Origin: Squalus acanthias
Taxonomy: Eukaryota
Direction: 5' to 3'
DNA length: 64,000 nt
NCBI GenBank assembly: GCA_030390025.1
Contig: CM059435.1
Span: 39,866,001-39,930,000 of the forward strand
In this document: piece by piece, positions 25,691-37,720 of the stretch
How the letters are laid out: each line of letters opens with the position of its first letter
How positions within the stretch are numbered: the first letter of the stretch is position 1
Notes under the pieces: model-generated
What the model saw: only the letters and a program-made list of their open reading frames with translations
What the model was told of the DNA's origin: nothing
Databases searched by the model: none
Position numbers and translations under genes: made by a program

Positions 25691-27564
25691 ATATAAATCT
25701 TCTCCTCCACCACCCCCCCCCCCCCCCCCCCACACAATCATTCCTCTTAAATTTTACTTGATAGGTGGGTAGTGTTTTATAAATACATTATCAATGGCAT
25801 AGTACCTAAATAGGATAGGACAGTATTTCTGAATTGTAAGTGCCTGTATAGTAAGTTTCAGTCCTGTGTGTGTGAGATGGAAAGTTGTGGCTATATGTGG
25901 GTGAGTACTATGTAGTTGGTGTCCATTTAATTGGTTTCTAAATCATGCTGAACATTTATTTGATACACAAATGAATATTAAGCTGCTGTGTTCACTAAAT
26001 TTCATTTCTGTACTTTGTTCAATGCATTCAGAACCAGCACTGATGAAGTGTGTCATTGTAGGCTCCAAACTGCAAGTCAGCAGAATCACCAGAAGTAGTT
26101 GGGAGATTTGACTCAAAGTAGTTTAATCAATAGATGATTTTGAAAGGTAAAAATAATGTTAAAAATCAATACTAACATAAATAGTTTTGATAACTTCGAC
26201 TATTTCCACTTTCTGCTGTGCCTCAAACTTGCTACAGTCAGATACTATGATTCTTTTTACCTCTACATTAGTTCGAGGTGGAGCTGCTCCAAATCTAAGT
26301 TCTGTACTTTAAAAAAAAAAAATTGCATTTCTTGTAGGAAAGTTTCTCTGGCCTCCGAAAAAGCTGACTGGAAGGATATGCATCAGTGAGGGGCTTGTCA
26401 CTGAGGATAGATGGCCTGGCATATGTTGTAAGGCTGTAATAACTAGTTTAGATGCTGTCTGAACTGCAATAGGCACTCAAAATGGTTTCTGGTAGTTCGC
26501 ATCTCAAAAGATCGTGTTCACGACTTGCGGTAGATGCTGGTATTGGTGTTGAAATATCATGGTTTACAGGTTCATGGGCAATTGATGCCTTTTTATATTG
26601 CTACTGTTCAGACTTTAATGTAGTAGGCTGACTTTATTCATATTGTGCTGGAACTGATGTAATGCAAATGGACTGTGGTCAAACTACTTGCTGGCCAGGG
26701 TATGATTTTTTTTTTTTCCCTCCCACCCTTCCAGAAACCATTTTGAGTGCTAACACAGGAGGGCTACTGCACAGGCATGGAGCAAACTAGAGTACTGAGC
26801 AAATATAGCTGCGAGTTATACTGTAATGCTGTTCATTTGCCCCTGTAAGTATAACTGGAACTTGATCCAGTATAATGTACAGTGTTCATCAGCTTTACTG
26901 TTTCATTTAATATCTTGAGCTATCTTGAACATTCTGCTACTGGAAGTTGGGAGTAAACAGACTCCAGTTGGCACTCTGGGTTCATTACTAGGCCTGGAGA
27001 GAGTTGCTTCACTATTGATGCAATTGTGGTCATAAAACTAGTTATGACACTTACAAGAAAATGTCAGTTCCTGGGCTTTTTATTATCTTTCGGAGGAAAA
27101 CCGAAAAATGGATGAAATAATTGCTGAGGTGTGTGTATGTTTGTAGCATTTGCATAAAGGCAGCACTGAATTCAACAAGAAACTCCCATAACTATAATCT
27201 TTGCGTTTTTCCCGTTCTATTTTGTATGCAGTTGACTGATAATCAAAGCTGTCTTTTGTACAAAACAAATGGAATTATCTAATAATTTGAAAAAAGGAAC
27301 ATAAATAACAGCAAAGTGAGAATTTAGGACTGAAAGAGAAATTTGAATTGAGCAACTTTGAGTTACACCCGTGGGTGGAAAATTGATTTTTTTCTTTTTA
27401 ACCTAGTTTTAAGCTGTTTTTGGCTGAATTTGTCTGTCTGAATGTACACGTTTAGACTGCAGTGTGGCATGTTTCTGAAGATGTTCTATCGTGAGGTTGA
27501 AGGTGAAGTTGAGAGTGATCCTGTATAGAAACTTTAATGTGCATTTAAAAGTTTACACTTCTGA

Positions 27565-27790
27565 TGATGGCTCATGAGGTGAATGCACCACACTGTGTGG
27601 TACCAACCCATACAAAGGTTTGATCCCAGTTCTGTGATTCAGTTAACTGATCTCTGCAACAAAGGCACGATAATTTGGCCTCTGCATCCCTGAGCTGTTT
27701 GGAGATTTGTTGTGTACATGATCGGTCTTGGTTGTTTGTGTGTGTGATTTTTATTGATAAAGAATGAAGTGGTGCTAACTGCTATTCCCG
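27565..27790 (+). mobile_element. Old SINE family A, partial copy
   Basis: ggtttgatcccagttctgtgattcagttaactgatctc motif. Confidence 0.5.
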
Positions 27791-28059
27791 GGGGGGGGTG
27801 GGGTCGTCAAGAAAGCCTCTTGATTTACTTTTAGGATGCTAAATTAAGATGCTGTAGTGTACGGTATGTAAAATAACTTCCAAGTTCTAGGAGCGTATCT
27901 GTACTTGGCTCCTTCTGGTACATAACAGACATGGATCAGAGTTTAGTTTTTATTTTTATCACTTGATTATTAAGCTACATTGAAATTTTTTTGACAACTT
28001 ACAGAATATTGTGAATGTGACCAGGATAATGAGAAGCAAGTTATATATTCCCTCAATTT

Positions 28060-28440
28060 CTTCACTCTTCTCCTGAAGGTGTTGATCTATGCTGATGCAA
28101 TTTCACAGGTGCTAGTAGTAACGCTTCCTGATGCCTTGCCTAAACAATCGTTCTTCCTGATTTGATTTTGTAGGAGAAGAATGCATCATGGCTGAACCCG
28201 ATTTCTGTCCTTACACATACGCGTGGGAATGAGATCCCCCAGCTGAGAGAATTCCTTCCCTTCCCTTCTCCCCGAGCCTGTCCCCAAATCCAGGAGTGGT
28301 TAAAAACCATATGTAGCACCTCCACTGCCATCTTTTGTGAGATCAGCTATCTCTGCACACATACAGATTTGAACTTGGGTCACTCTTGGTCTGTGTGGCT
28401 CTGTACCACACTAGGTGTGCATTTTACCCACTGGCATCAG
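28060..28440 (-). mobile_element. Old SINE family A copy
   Basis: gagatcagctatctctgcacac and ggtctgtgtggctctgtaccacact. Confidence 0.6.
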
Positions 28441-30234
28441 GATTGTTGCAGATATCAAATGCATGTAATTATAATGAGCTGTGGAGTCCCACATATTCTT
28501 TAATATACAAAATTAATATGGAGAGTATACTTATTGTAGGGATTGTGAGAGCTCTACATACCTGAGTTATGATTTGTGAGTTGCAGATGGCCATTTGCAC
28601 TATAGTGCAATAGTGATTTTTTTTTTTAGCCTAGATTTCAAAATTGCTTAGTCTTGTGCTGATTTCCTGTTTGTGTATTTGATGACTTTGAGTAATTGCA
28701 ATGGTATTATGTTGCAATGTGTAATCGGTGTAATGATTCATGCGTATATCATGGGTGCAAATATTGATGTGCTAGTCTAGATGATCGCATATTTATGGAT
28801 GTCATTCTCATTATAGTATGGTGTATAAAGTATGAGGGTGTGGCACAAGCATGTCTAACCAGTCCTGTGTTTTTAATTTTAAAAGGTATTTGATGCCTGT
28901 TAGGGAACATCATGGATGCACAGCTCTGAAGTTAACTCAACCCTGAGTACTGATGGAAATTGAATAGAGTCCAGAATTTAAATCGGTAAGTCTTGATATA
29001 CTAGGTCGGAAAAAAACAATTCACCTGTACTGTTTTCTCTCCAGTGGTTGGTGATTTTTAGTCAAATCAAGTCTAGCCTAGTCTGTGTATCTGCATTTAT
29101 GCCACCCTTGGTTTGACTTGCGAGGAAGTGCACTTGAGGTACAGGAAGGAATTCATTTATTTCCTTCTTTCTCCCATCATACACACCCCAAGTAATTTAT
29201 TGAGGCTTGCAAACTTGCGACAGAAGGGAAGCAGACGTGTAAACAGCAGTTACATCTGACTTTGAGCTTGGAGATTCTAGTTGAGGGTCTGATACTTGAA
29301 ACAAGATATTGGTGAGGTTGGTCAGCTACCGAAGGTATAACTTGCAATCTTTGGTAAAACTAATTTTAAAGTTGTCCAATATTTTTCAGTCTTTCAGCAT
29401 ACAATACTACTTGTAGTCGAACCACTCGCTGAGGTGTTCAAACATGGTGCTGCATGTGTTTCTAGCTTCTATCCACAGCTTGCCAGCTTTTGGATGTTGC
29501 TGAAGCCAGTGATATGAGAGAGGTTCTGGGGGTTGTGGTCTTGACAAAAAGTGAGAGTAACCCTGATGTGTACAGTGTGATTTTGCAAATTCCAGCCTTT
29601 GACAGCTGAAGAGTCAGCAGGAAGAATGGGTACAATTTAGAGATTTCTAGTATGTTAACAAGATTTCCGATATACTGTTACATGGCGTACCAGCAGAAGT
29701 GACTTTGGTGTACCTCACCCTTTCTTAGGAAACTAGAATACCAGGAAGTTTGAGGCCTGAATGCTCAAATCAGTATGCAGAGTATCTTTCTGAAGACACC
29801 GCTATTCTTAGAACTTTGCTAAATAAGTCAGTCCTGCTCGGTTTTATAATTGCTTTTGATTTCTTTAGGATGCTCAGTGGGAGTTCTTAATGGGCCTCTG
29901 TCTTCAAGACTGAACAGAATGTCATATTTTCAAAATGGCAGTGTTCATGTATAGAAACCAATTGATATTGCACCTAGAAATCTTTGTACCTGACAATTTA
30001 TATTTTATTTGAAATAAATATATTGCTGAGAAGTGTTACTGACTCCTCCCTAGTGCATCTTGGTCCTTTTTTTTTGATTGGAGCACTGTACTATAATCTA
30101 GACTGGGCTAGCTCCTTTTGCTGTCTGGCTAGAGGATGGCCTGATGCTAGTGGCATCCATGATTGAAGTTTCAGGAACAGAAAAAGATCATGTGGCCTGA
30201 AAAGCCACTTCCTTTGGTAGAAGCATGATTTTGT

Positions 30235-30430
30235 TTTGTTCATTCTCATGATGTGGGCAAGACTGGCATTGCCCATTCTTGGTTTCCTTGAGAAGGTGGT
30301 GGTACAACTGAGTGACTTTTATTGATACTGGCTTTTTAAAAAAAATAAATAAAAAAAATTGAATTTAAATTCTCAAACTGCCATGGTGAGATTTGAACTC
30401 TCTCTCTAGGTTATTGGTCCAGGCTTGAGA
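30235..30430 (-). mobile_element. SINE family B, internally deleted copy
   Basis: ccttgagaaggtggtggt joined directly to acaactgagtg, then tgaatttaaatt and tgccatggtgagatttgaact as in 11565-12028. Confidence 0.7.
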
Positions 30431-30694
30431 AACTTCAGATAGCCTTCAGGGAACAAATGTTACCTCTGTAGCCCAACGTTTAAAGTTCTCCAGCCTGATG
30501 GATGGAATGGTGCTAAAATAATGAATTTGTGGTTTTTATGCTTCACATCGTGAGTTGATTTACTCTCCAATATCCTGCCTTTTCCTGCCAGTGCCTTCTA
30601 TTTATACTGTCTATTTCTGTATTGAAAGTTTAAAAAAAAATAATAATTTGTGCCTGATGGCTCCTGTTGAATGCACTGTTTGGTGTAATACTGA

Positions 30695-31060
30695 ATTATA
30701 CAGATCCTGTACTAAGTTAGTTAATCTTGGCTGGGGCTCTAGTGGAGCTCTGCAATTTGGCTGCTGCTTGAAGTGATAGATAGAGATCAGACAGAGTTCC
30801 CACACCTGATTGTTATATACATTTGTGGTGAATCCAGGATCGAATTAGGCCGTGATGCTCTAGAAGCCAAATTACTTGTTGATGCTCATTGTCCGGGATG
30901 GGAACTCTATATAATATTTTTCCTTTTCATCACCCAACCCCTTTGCTGCTTAACACTTGGGCTAGTTGTAGTGCCCTTACTGCTGTCTCACTTAGTCATT
31001 TGGAAAAAAAAACTAGCTCTGCCACCAGGTGAGTAATCAACAAATTTTACAGAAAGGAGT
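30695..31060 (+). mobile_element. Old SINE family A copy
   Basis: ctgtactaagttagttaatcttggc and downstream colinear similarity. Confidence 0.5.
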
Positions 31061-34000
31061 GATAATAAATGAGTAGTGAGAAATGAATGTAAGATAAAGG
31101 GCCAGGGAAAGCAAATTAAAGACTGCAACTTCCTGCTTTAACCCATTAAAATTGGTTCAATGTTTTCAATTTTATGTACAGTCCACGCTTGATAATTTGA
31201 AGTCACTTGTGTCAAAAGATTTAAATGATTCAATAATTTAAATTTGGGAAATGTGAATTTGGTGCTTAAAAAAAATTAATGGATAATTTGAATGAAGAGC
31301 AGACTTATTTAGTGAAAAACTGTTCTGTATCTCATGTCTAGCATAATTGAGCACCTTGAATCCCTCAATATTGTCATTGGAGCCTGGATATTATGCTGTG
31401 CACTACTGGTGCTTTTTAAAATAAGCAGCTTCCTGCTTCTGTTAAAATAGTGAGTTTTGAGGCAGCTGCATCAAACGTTCATGCAATAATATTGCACAGT
31501 ACAATTTTTATGCTTTTGAAGTTTAGTTTTAAAGTTGTCAGAATTTTGGAAGATAATTTTGTAGTTTTCAGTAAGAAAATTTAACATGGCACCCTTTTTT
31601 TAAAAAAAAACTACATTCAGTGGTAAGTGGGTGTTTTAAAACTTCATATCGAGTTAAGTGCCCCATTTTCTGTAGATTATGTAGTAATTTTCAGCTTTTA
31701 TGACCTAATTTTTGCATTGCTACTTAACCCCACATACAATTTGCATATTTCCACTACACAATTGGCCTGGATTTGCTGCAATGCATCGTCCTTTTTGAGA
31801 GGATTTCCTTTTGACACAACATAGCTATATTTGAGCTGCCTGCCTACCTACGCCAGCTAGGCCTTCCATTTTTCATGGGAAACCCCTGATTGTGCTTCTC
31901 GGGTTTTCACAAACACTAGCTATAGTATACAGTGAAGCATTACTGTTATGTGTAGGAATTTCCTTCATGGTGTTCCTGTAACAGATGTAGAAATACATGC
32001 AGCATGCTGACTTGCATTGTGTGCTACTCCTTTTTTAAATGATTGTAGACGAAGGAGCGGCATTGTTTGCGTGCTGTTCAGTCCAGAGTTCATTTGGCAA
32101 GAGGTGTTCAAACTTGTTGTTCAGGCAGGTGCAACGGAGCTTGGAACAGTCAGCCAGAGGGTTTGAGATGAATAAGTCCTGCCACTGTTGAACCAACTTC
32201 TTAACTTGTCTAAAATTGTGTGTTGTGTCCATTTTTGTAATAAATGTAAATGACTAAAGTGAGCAGTAGATTACACATCTTCATAGTCATGTTGTACACT
32301 CCTTTCATAGCCCAAGTTACAAAGTCCTGTAGAACATTAGATGAACATCCTTTTTAAAACCAGAACTTGTTGGCATGTTTACAACCATGTTAATTGGTCA
32401 TATGATTTTATCACTCTGCAACATTTTAGCAGTAACAGTGCTATAGTACACTGGAAGGACCTGCCATTTAGCGCTAGTAGTTACTTATGTGGACCAGCTT
32501 GTTCAGTATAGTCATATTCCAATCACCATGCTCGAGTGTGATTTTTTTTTTTAACTATAAAACCACGATTTTCTAAATTATTAGGGTCTGCTTTATTTTA
32601 AATATTGCATTATACTGTGCCCTTTAACTGATTGTACTGGAGAATATATCCACAGATGCAGCCCCTGTTATCAACTGCCATAAATTTTGTACAAAGTATA
32701 TGATAATCTTAGCTTGGGTAGGGAGGAAGGGCGAGGAATATCGTGCTTTGACCATGCAAAAATCCTTCAAGCTGTTCTCGGTTGTTTGCTTGTTAGACAT
32801 TGTCTGAAGTTTCACTCTGTACAATGCTTGCCAAACAGGGAAATTGAAGATTACAGTAGGAAATAAGTTTCTTTGCGTTGCAGTGGTTGTGTCTATTTTA
32901 ATAATGGTGTTGGTGTGTTTTGTGTTGCTTTTTATATTGGTGCTGTTCTAATTCAGATTCCTGGAGATGCTATCAATGCACTGCCCCTGGTGTTTACACT
33001 ATTGGATTCAGGCCCCTTATTCTGGTGGTACATTTGCAGGCTCGGTATTTTTGCGGATCTGAGAGATTGGCAGCAGGATAAGGGGGCTGGCTTTAGCAGC
33101 ATAACCGGAGAGTTGGCTCACAGAAGTGGTAGTTTACCAGAATCCGAATTAATGTTGGACCAATATAAAAGCAGTTTGTCAATTTGAACTCTCCAGTTAA
33201 TTGCTTTTTAAAAAAAAAAAATGAAGTGAAATGATTTTATAGCTCTGATCTCTAAACCCCTAGGATTGCATTTTGCCAATATTTCAAAGCTCTATGCAGA
33301 CATGCAAGACTAATTTAAACAGATGCAGCAATGGCCCCCAAGAGTCATTTTTGGTGCTTCTCCCTTTGTTACCATTATTTGGGAAGCACGATCATGAGTT
33401 CCATTTTAAATAGAACAAGAAAAGGTTTTGGTTTCACAACAGTTCTAGAAATAAGTTTTTTTTTTTAATTACAAATTTGTCACTTTAATTATAGTCTGCT
33501 TAACAAATTTAGTCTGAGTCTCTGACTGTCATTTTCCTCCAATATGTATTAGTCCTAATTTGTGTTGACAAAATGTTGCTGACCCAGGACATGCACTTTC
33601 CTTTTGTTGGTCCTGCACTTGTTCACTGCCTCACATTATTCCTTCCATATTCTGCAATAGTTTTTCTATGCTCAGAGCCATCTTGCTCTCCTGCCAAACA
33701 AAAAGCTGCTCTTATTGGTCCAGGACTGCACGTAGCTTCCCCATGGCATTACCCTCCATCTGAAAACTCTGGTCTGCGACTAATGTGTATAATGTGCAAG
33801 CATTGTAAGCGAGACCGTATGATGTGACACCCCTTTTTATTTTATTTGTTCACTTCAGCTGTCAGTCACCCAGGACCACTGCATAGGTCTAGTTCAACAC
33901 TCTCTTGTGGACCTAATGTTCAAAAACTCTAAACTTTGTTGCCTGTGTTTGTCAGTTGTTTCTACTTGCTGTGTATACCAGTATCCTGCAGTTTATCCTT

Positions 34001-34223
34001 TGTTTGCATGATGTACGCACTCAGCCCAATGGCTAATGCTCCGTGTAATACAAGAAAGCGTTTGATTATCATATGCAACTAACCAAGGTATTTAGGCAAT
34101 AAATATTTTATCTGATAGCACTTGTAAAATGTCTGTCTTCATTATAGTGATACTGTGTGGTAAACAAATTTGCAGATATATTCCTGTTGCAGAACAAAAA
34201 TAGAATCAACCTTTCATGAAGAA

Positions 34224-34435
34224 AATCAGAAAATGCTGGAAGCACTCAGCAGGTCAGGTAAAATCCATGGAGGAAATGGACAAGTTAACATTTCGTGTGT
34301 GGACCCTTCAGTTCTATTGAAAGTTCCAGACCAGAAATGTTAATTTGTCTGTTCTCTCCACAGATACTGCCTGACCTCAGTGTTCTAGTATTTTCTGTTT
34401 CGTTGATTTCCAGCAGCTGCAGTGTTTTGCTTTTT
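34224..34435. mobile_element. Penelope-like foldback remnant (older)
   Basis: cagaaaatgctggaagcactcagcaggtcagg...gttaacatttc faces gaaatgttaa...ctctccacagatactgcctgacct...tattttctg; same family as 13597-14054. Confidence 0.75.
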
Positions 34436-37374
34436 GTTCATAACCTTTCATTTCTGAACACTATCTGCATCTTTTTGAAAAAGAAAAATAATTCACTAGA
34501 TCACCTGGGCAATTTGATAGGAGTCCCTACATGGGCTAGCTGAAATAAAGAAGTTTCTGTGAGAACATATCCTGTTTCTACGTGGTGCAGCTCATTGGTC
34601 TAACATACTTGCCAAATGTTAAACATCTTGAGGTTTTAAAATCCATGGGAGGGGAAGTGACACAGATAAACCGTGAAATGAATTTGTACTTTACAATGGG
34701 AATAATATGCAAATGAAAAGTAGAAATGATTTTAAGTCATTCTGCCAAGCTATGGTCTTAATTCAGAACAGTTGGCTGCTGTGTTGATGTAACTTTCCTT
34801 GAATTCGATTTCTTTTCAAATAATTTCAAAATTTCAATTTGTTTAAGAAGAACACCTTTGCTGGGAGTTGTTTTAGTATCTTACTCACAGAAAATGAGAA
34901 GATGATGTGATAGTTCAAACAATTTACATGCAAGTTTTTAAATCCTATCCACCACCTCTAACCTCACCACAACCCTTCATTCAAATTCCATTCTGGTCTT
35001 TTTAAATGCAAATCTGTATAGGAAGAGAGATTCATACATGACTCCACTAGGTAATGTTCACTTATAATGCAACTCAACTGGTTTTGAATGAACTGTAGAT
35101 GTTCAATTCTAGAGTACAGCTTTAAACTGGGGCTGTTTCCATTTAGGAAAATAGCTATTTAAACTGTACTGGTAATGGCCTTTTAAAATTTCTAAGCCTC
35201 TACACTGCCAGTCACTAGTTGTGTTGTACTCTGGTCTACCAGTGTCGTACAGCTGGTAGCAACCTCGGTGTAAACTTCCTGGCCTGTTTATAGTTTGTGT
35301 ACCTTAATCATCTAGTTTAATTAAGGGTCATTAGGCTACATTTTGAAACTTCAAATTGCTAGATACTCAGCTGCCACTTTTTAGATTGTACATTAGTGCT
35401 TTTTTTGTAAATTTAATGAAACAAAGTAAACGCTACAGCAGTTCAGCTTGTTACTCAGAGGTGCAATTCAAGATTTTTTAAAACATTATTTTTGTGAAAT
35501 TTTAGGGAAAGTGTACTTCTTGTAATGCAAGGATACTGAGTAAAAAGATACTTGTCTTGCAATGAAAGAAATGCCCAAGAACCATTAGAGTAAAAATAAA
35601 CACTTGGTACCAGTGCCTTGTACTTGCGCAGTATAAAGTGGATGTTTCTCCTCCATACTTTCACATTATAGTGGGGTGCTCACTTGAAATAAAGGGTACA
35701 GGAAGCTGCTTTGCTGCTGTAGGCCGAGTGGCTATTCTGTGCAAATGGTTGCTAATATTGCCAATAGGGATTTTTGTGGTCTGCCTGCCATGGGCCATTG
35801 ATTGCTGAATTGGTGTAGAATTGAGTACCATGTGCATTTATAATTGTGCATTGTATGATGTCAGCAACTTGTTCAAAATCGGTGTGAAGACCATACCAAT
35901 AGAATATTTTAGAATTTTATTACTGCAATACTTGCACTCTACCACTTGAGGGAGTGCCAATAATACCACTTTGGTAGAAGTAGTAATAATTCCATTTGTT
36001 CTGTTGGAAGCTGGTGGCACAAACCATGGGTTTCTAACCATACTGAAAGAACCTGTGCAATCTTTCAAACTGATTTATGTTGGCAGTTGTTTCTTAAATT
36101 GGTAATATAACCTGAGTTTATAAAGCATGGAAGTTTGCATTATACTCTTATCCAATGTCATTCTTGTCTGATTAATTTTAGCTTTGGTTTTAAAACAAAA
36201 CTTCAAACATTTTTGAATACAATTTTAAACTATATTAATGGACTTTCGTACGAATGCTTGACCACAGCATTGGAAATCACTCATTAACCTAAGGAGGATA
36301 TATTGCTAGACAAGTTGACATCTAAGTATCTCTTTTGTGAGTAATGAATGTCTAAATTGGATTTTCTTTGGGTGTTCAAACCTTTGTTTTCATGGGCTGC
36401 ATCAATGAACCCCATGGTGCCTAGGGGACCATGTATAAAGTTTAAATCCGCATTTCTATTTAATTTTTTATTTAACTCCAGTTGCTGATGCTACCAGATT
36501 TCTCGTGTTTATTTAGGAATTGTCTTTTGCAAACCTGTATTGGAGTGCTGCTTCTACATACGCATGTTGCTGTAGTTAGATAGATATATAAAAAAATTTG
36601 GATTCACAATTCACTTTCAGCCCATAGTTCTTCTGTGTGTACACAAAATATTCTGTATTTCCAGCAGGCACCCTTCCATGCAGCTGTTTTCTTCTTGCTG
36701 TTTCTATACTCATGATGAATCAGAGAATGGACTCTAATGAATGCCACAATGCACAAGCCATATCCTGGGTAACGAACTGCAGAGGCTGACAACCTGCTAA
36801 AAGTGCTGTCGGGCTGCCCACTGTAGTATTTTGTTACAGTATCAATGGCATTTGTCTACGCTTGTAAACAAAAGTATTAATATTTATTAATTCTGCATAC
36901 TGCATAAGCATTTTGTTGGAGCTTTTATTAAATCTTTTGACCATAGTGTCTATAGAATGGAATGAAAATACATTTTTTTTGAGAAGCTGTTTGAGATGAT
37001 GTGAAGTAACATGATGGGGGAAGATTTTTTTTTTGTAGCTGAATTGAGCCCTAAAACCAAGGAGAAAATAAACTGATAGCAGGAATGTAAGCCTTTGTTT
37101 AAATCGGAAGCTACATTAAATTAAAAGCTCAACTAGAAAACTGTGCAGAGAGATGCACAATACTAGTGGGTGGCATTGGGTTAGTGTGGTAAGTGATTTT
37201 AGATTTTGTTTCTAGTACTATTCCTTCAGTTTTTCATTTCCAATGCGTTTACAAAACTTAGTTTGCAAATTGCCTGATGTCGGAGGCTCGGCGTGGAACA
37301 AATTTAATGAAGCAGCATACATGTTATAAATTTGCCTGTAATTGAGTCACTGTCTGTTCAACATACTTGTCTCC

Positions 37375-37720
37375 GGTGCTCCTGTGATGGCTTAGTGAGT
37401 TTATTCAGCTACTAGCTGAGCCATACAGTGCAGAAAAGTACCAGGTTTGACCCGCACGTGTTCCAGCTAACTCGGCCTTCATCAGTAGGGACTAATCTCG
37501 GCACCCTGTGCTAGGGAGGGGAAAATTGTCCATGGTTTCCACTATCTGGCGACCCCTGATGTGACTGATTGTGTGCATGCATGTTGGATGAGGATAGGAT
37601 CCTGTTTCGTTGTGAAGCTCCCTGTGCCATGGAGGTTAATACATGAATAATGGCTATTTGGGCCGAGGTACTGTAAAGGCCCATGAAATTGTGCTCCAGA
37701 CAGAAATGGAGGAAGAAAAT
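37375..37720 (+). mobile_element. Old SINE family A copy
   Basis: gatggcttagtgag (A box), gctgagccatacag, ggtttgaccc (B box), gtgtgcatgcatgttggatgaggatagg. Confidence 0.65.
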
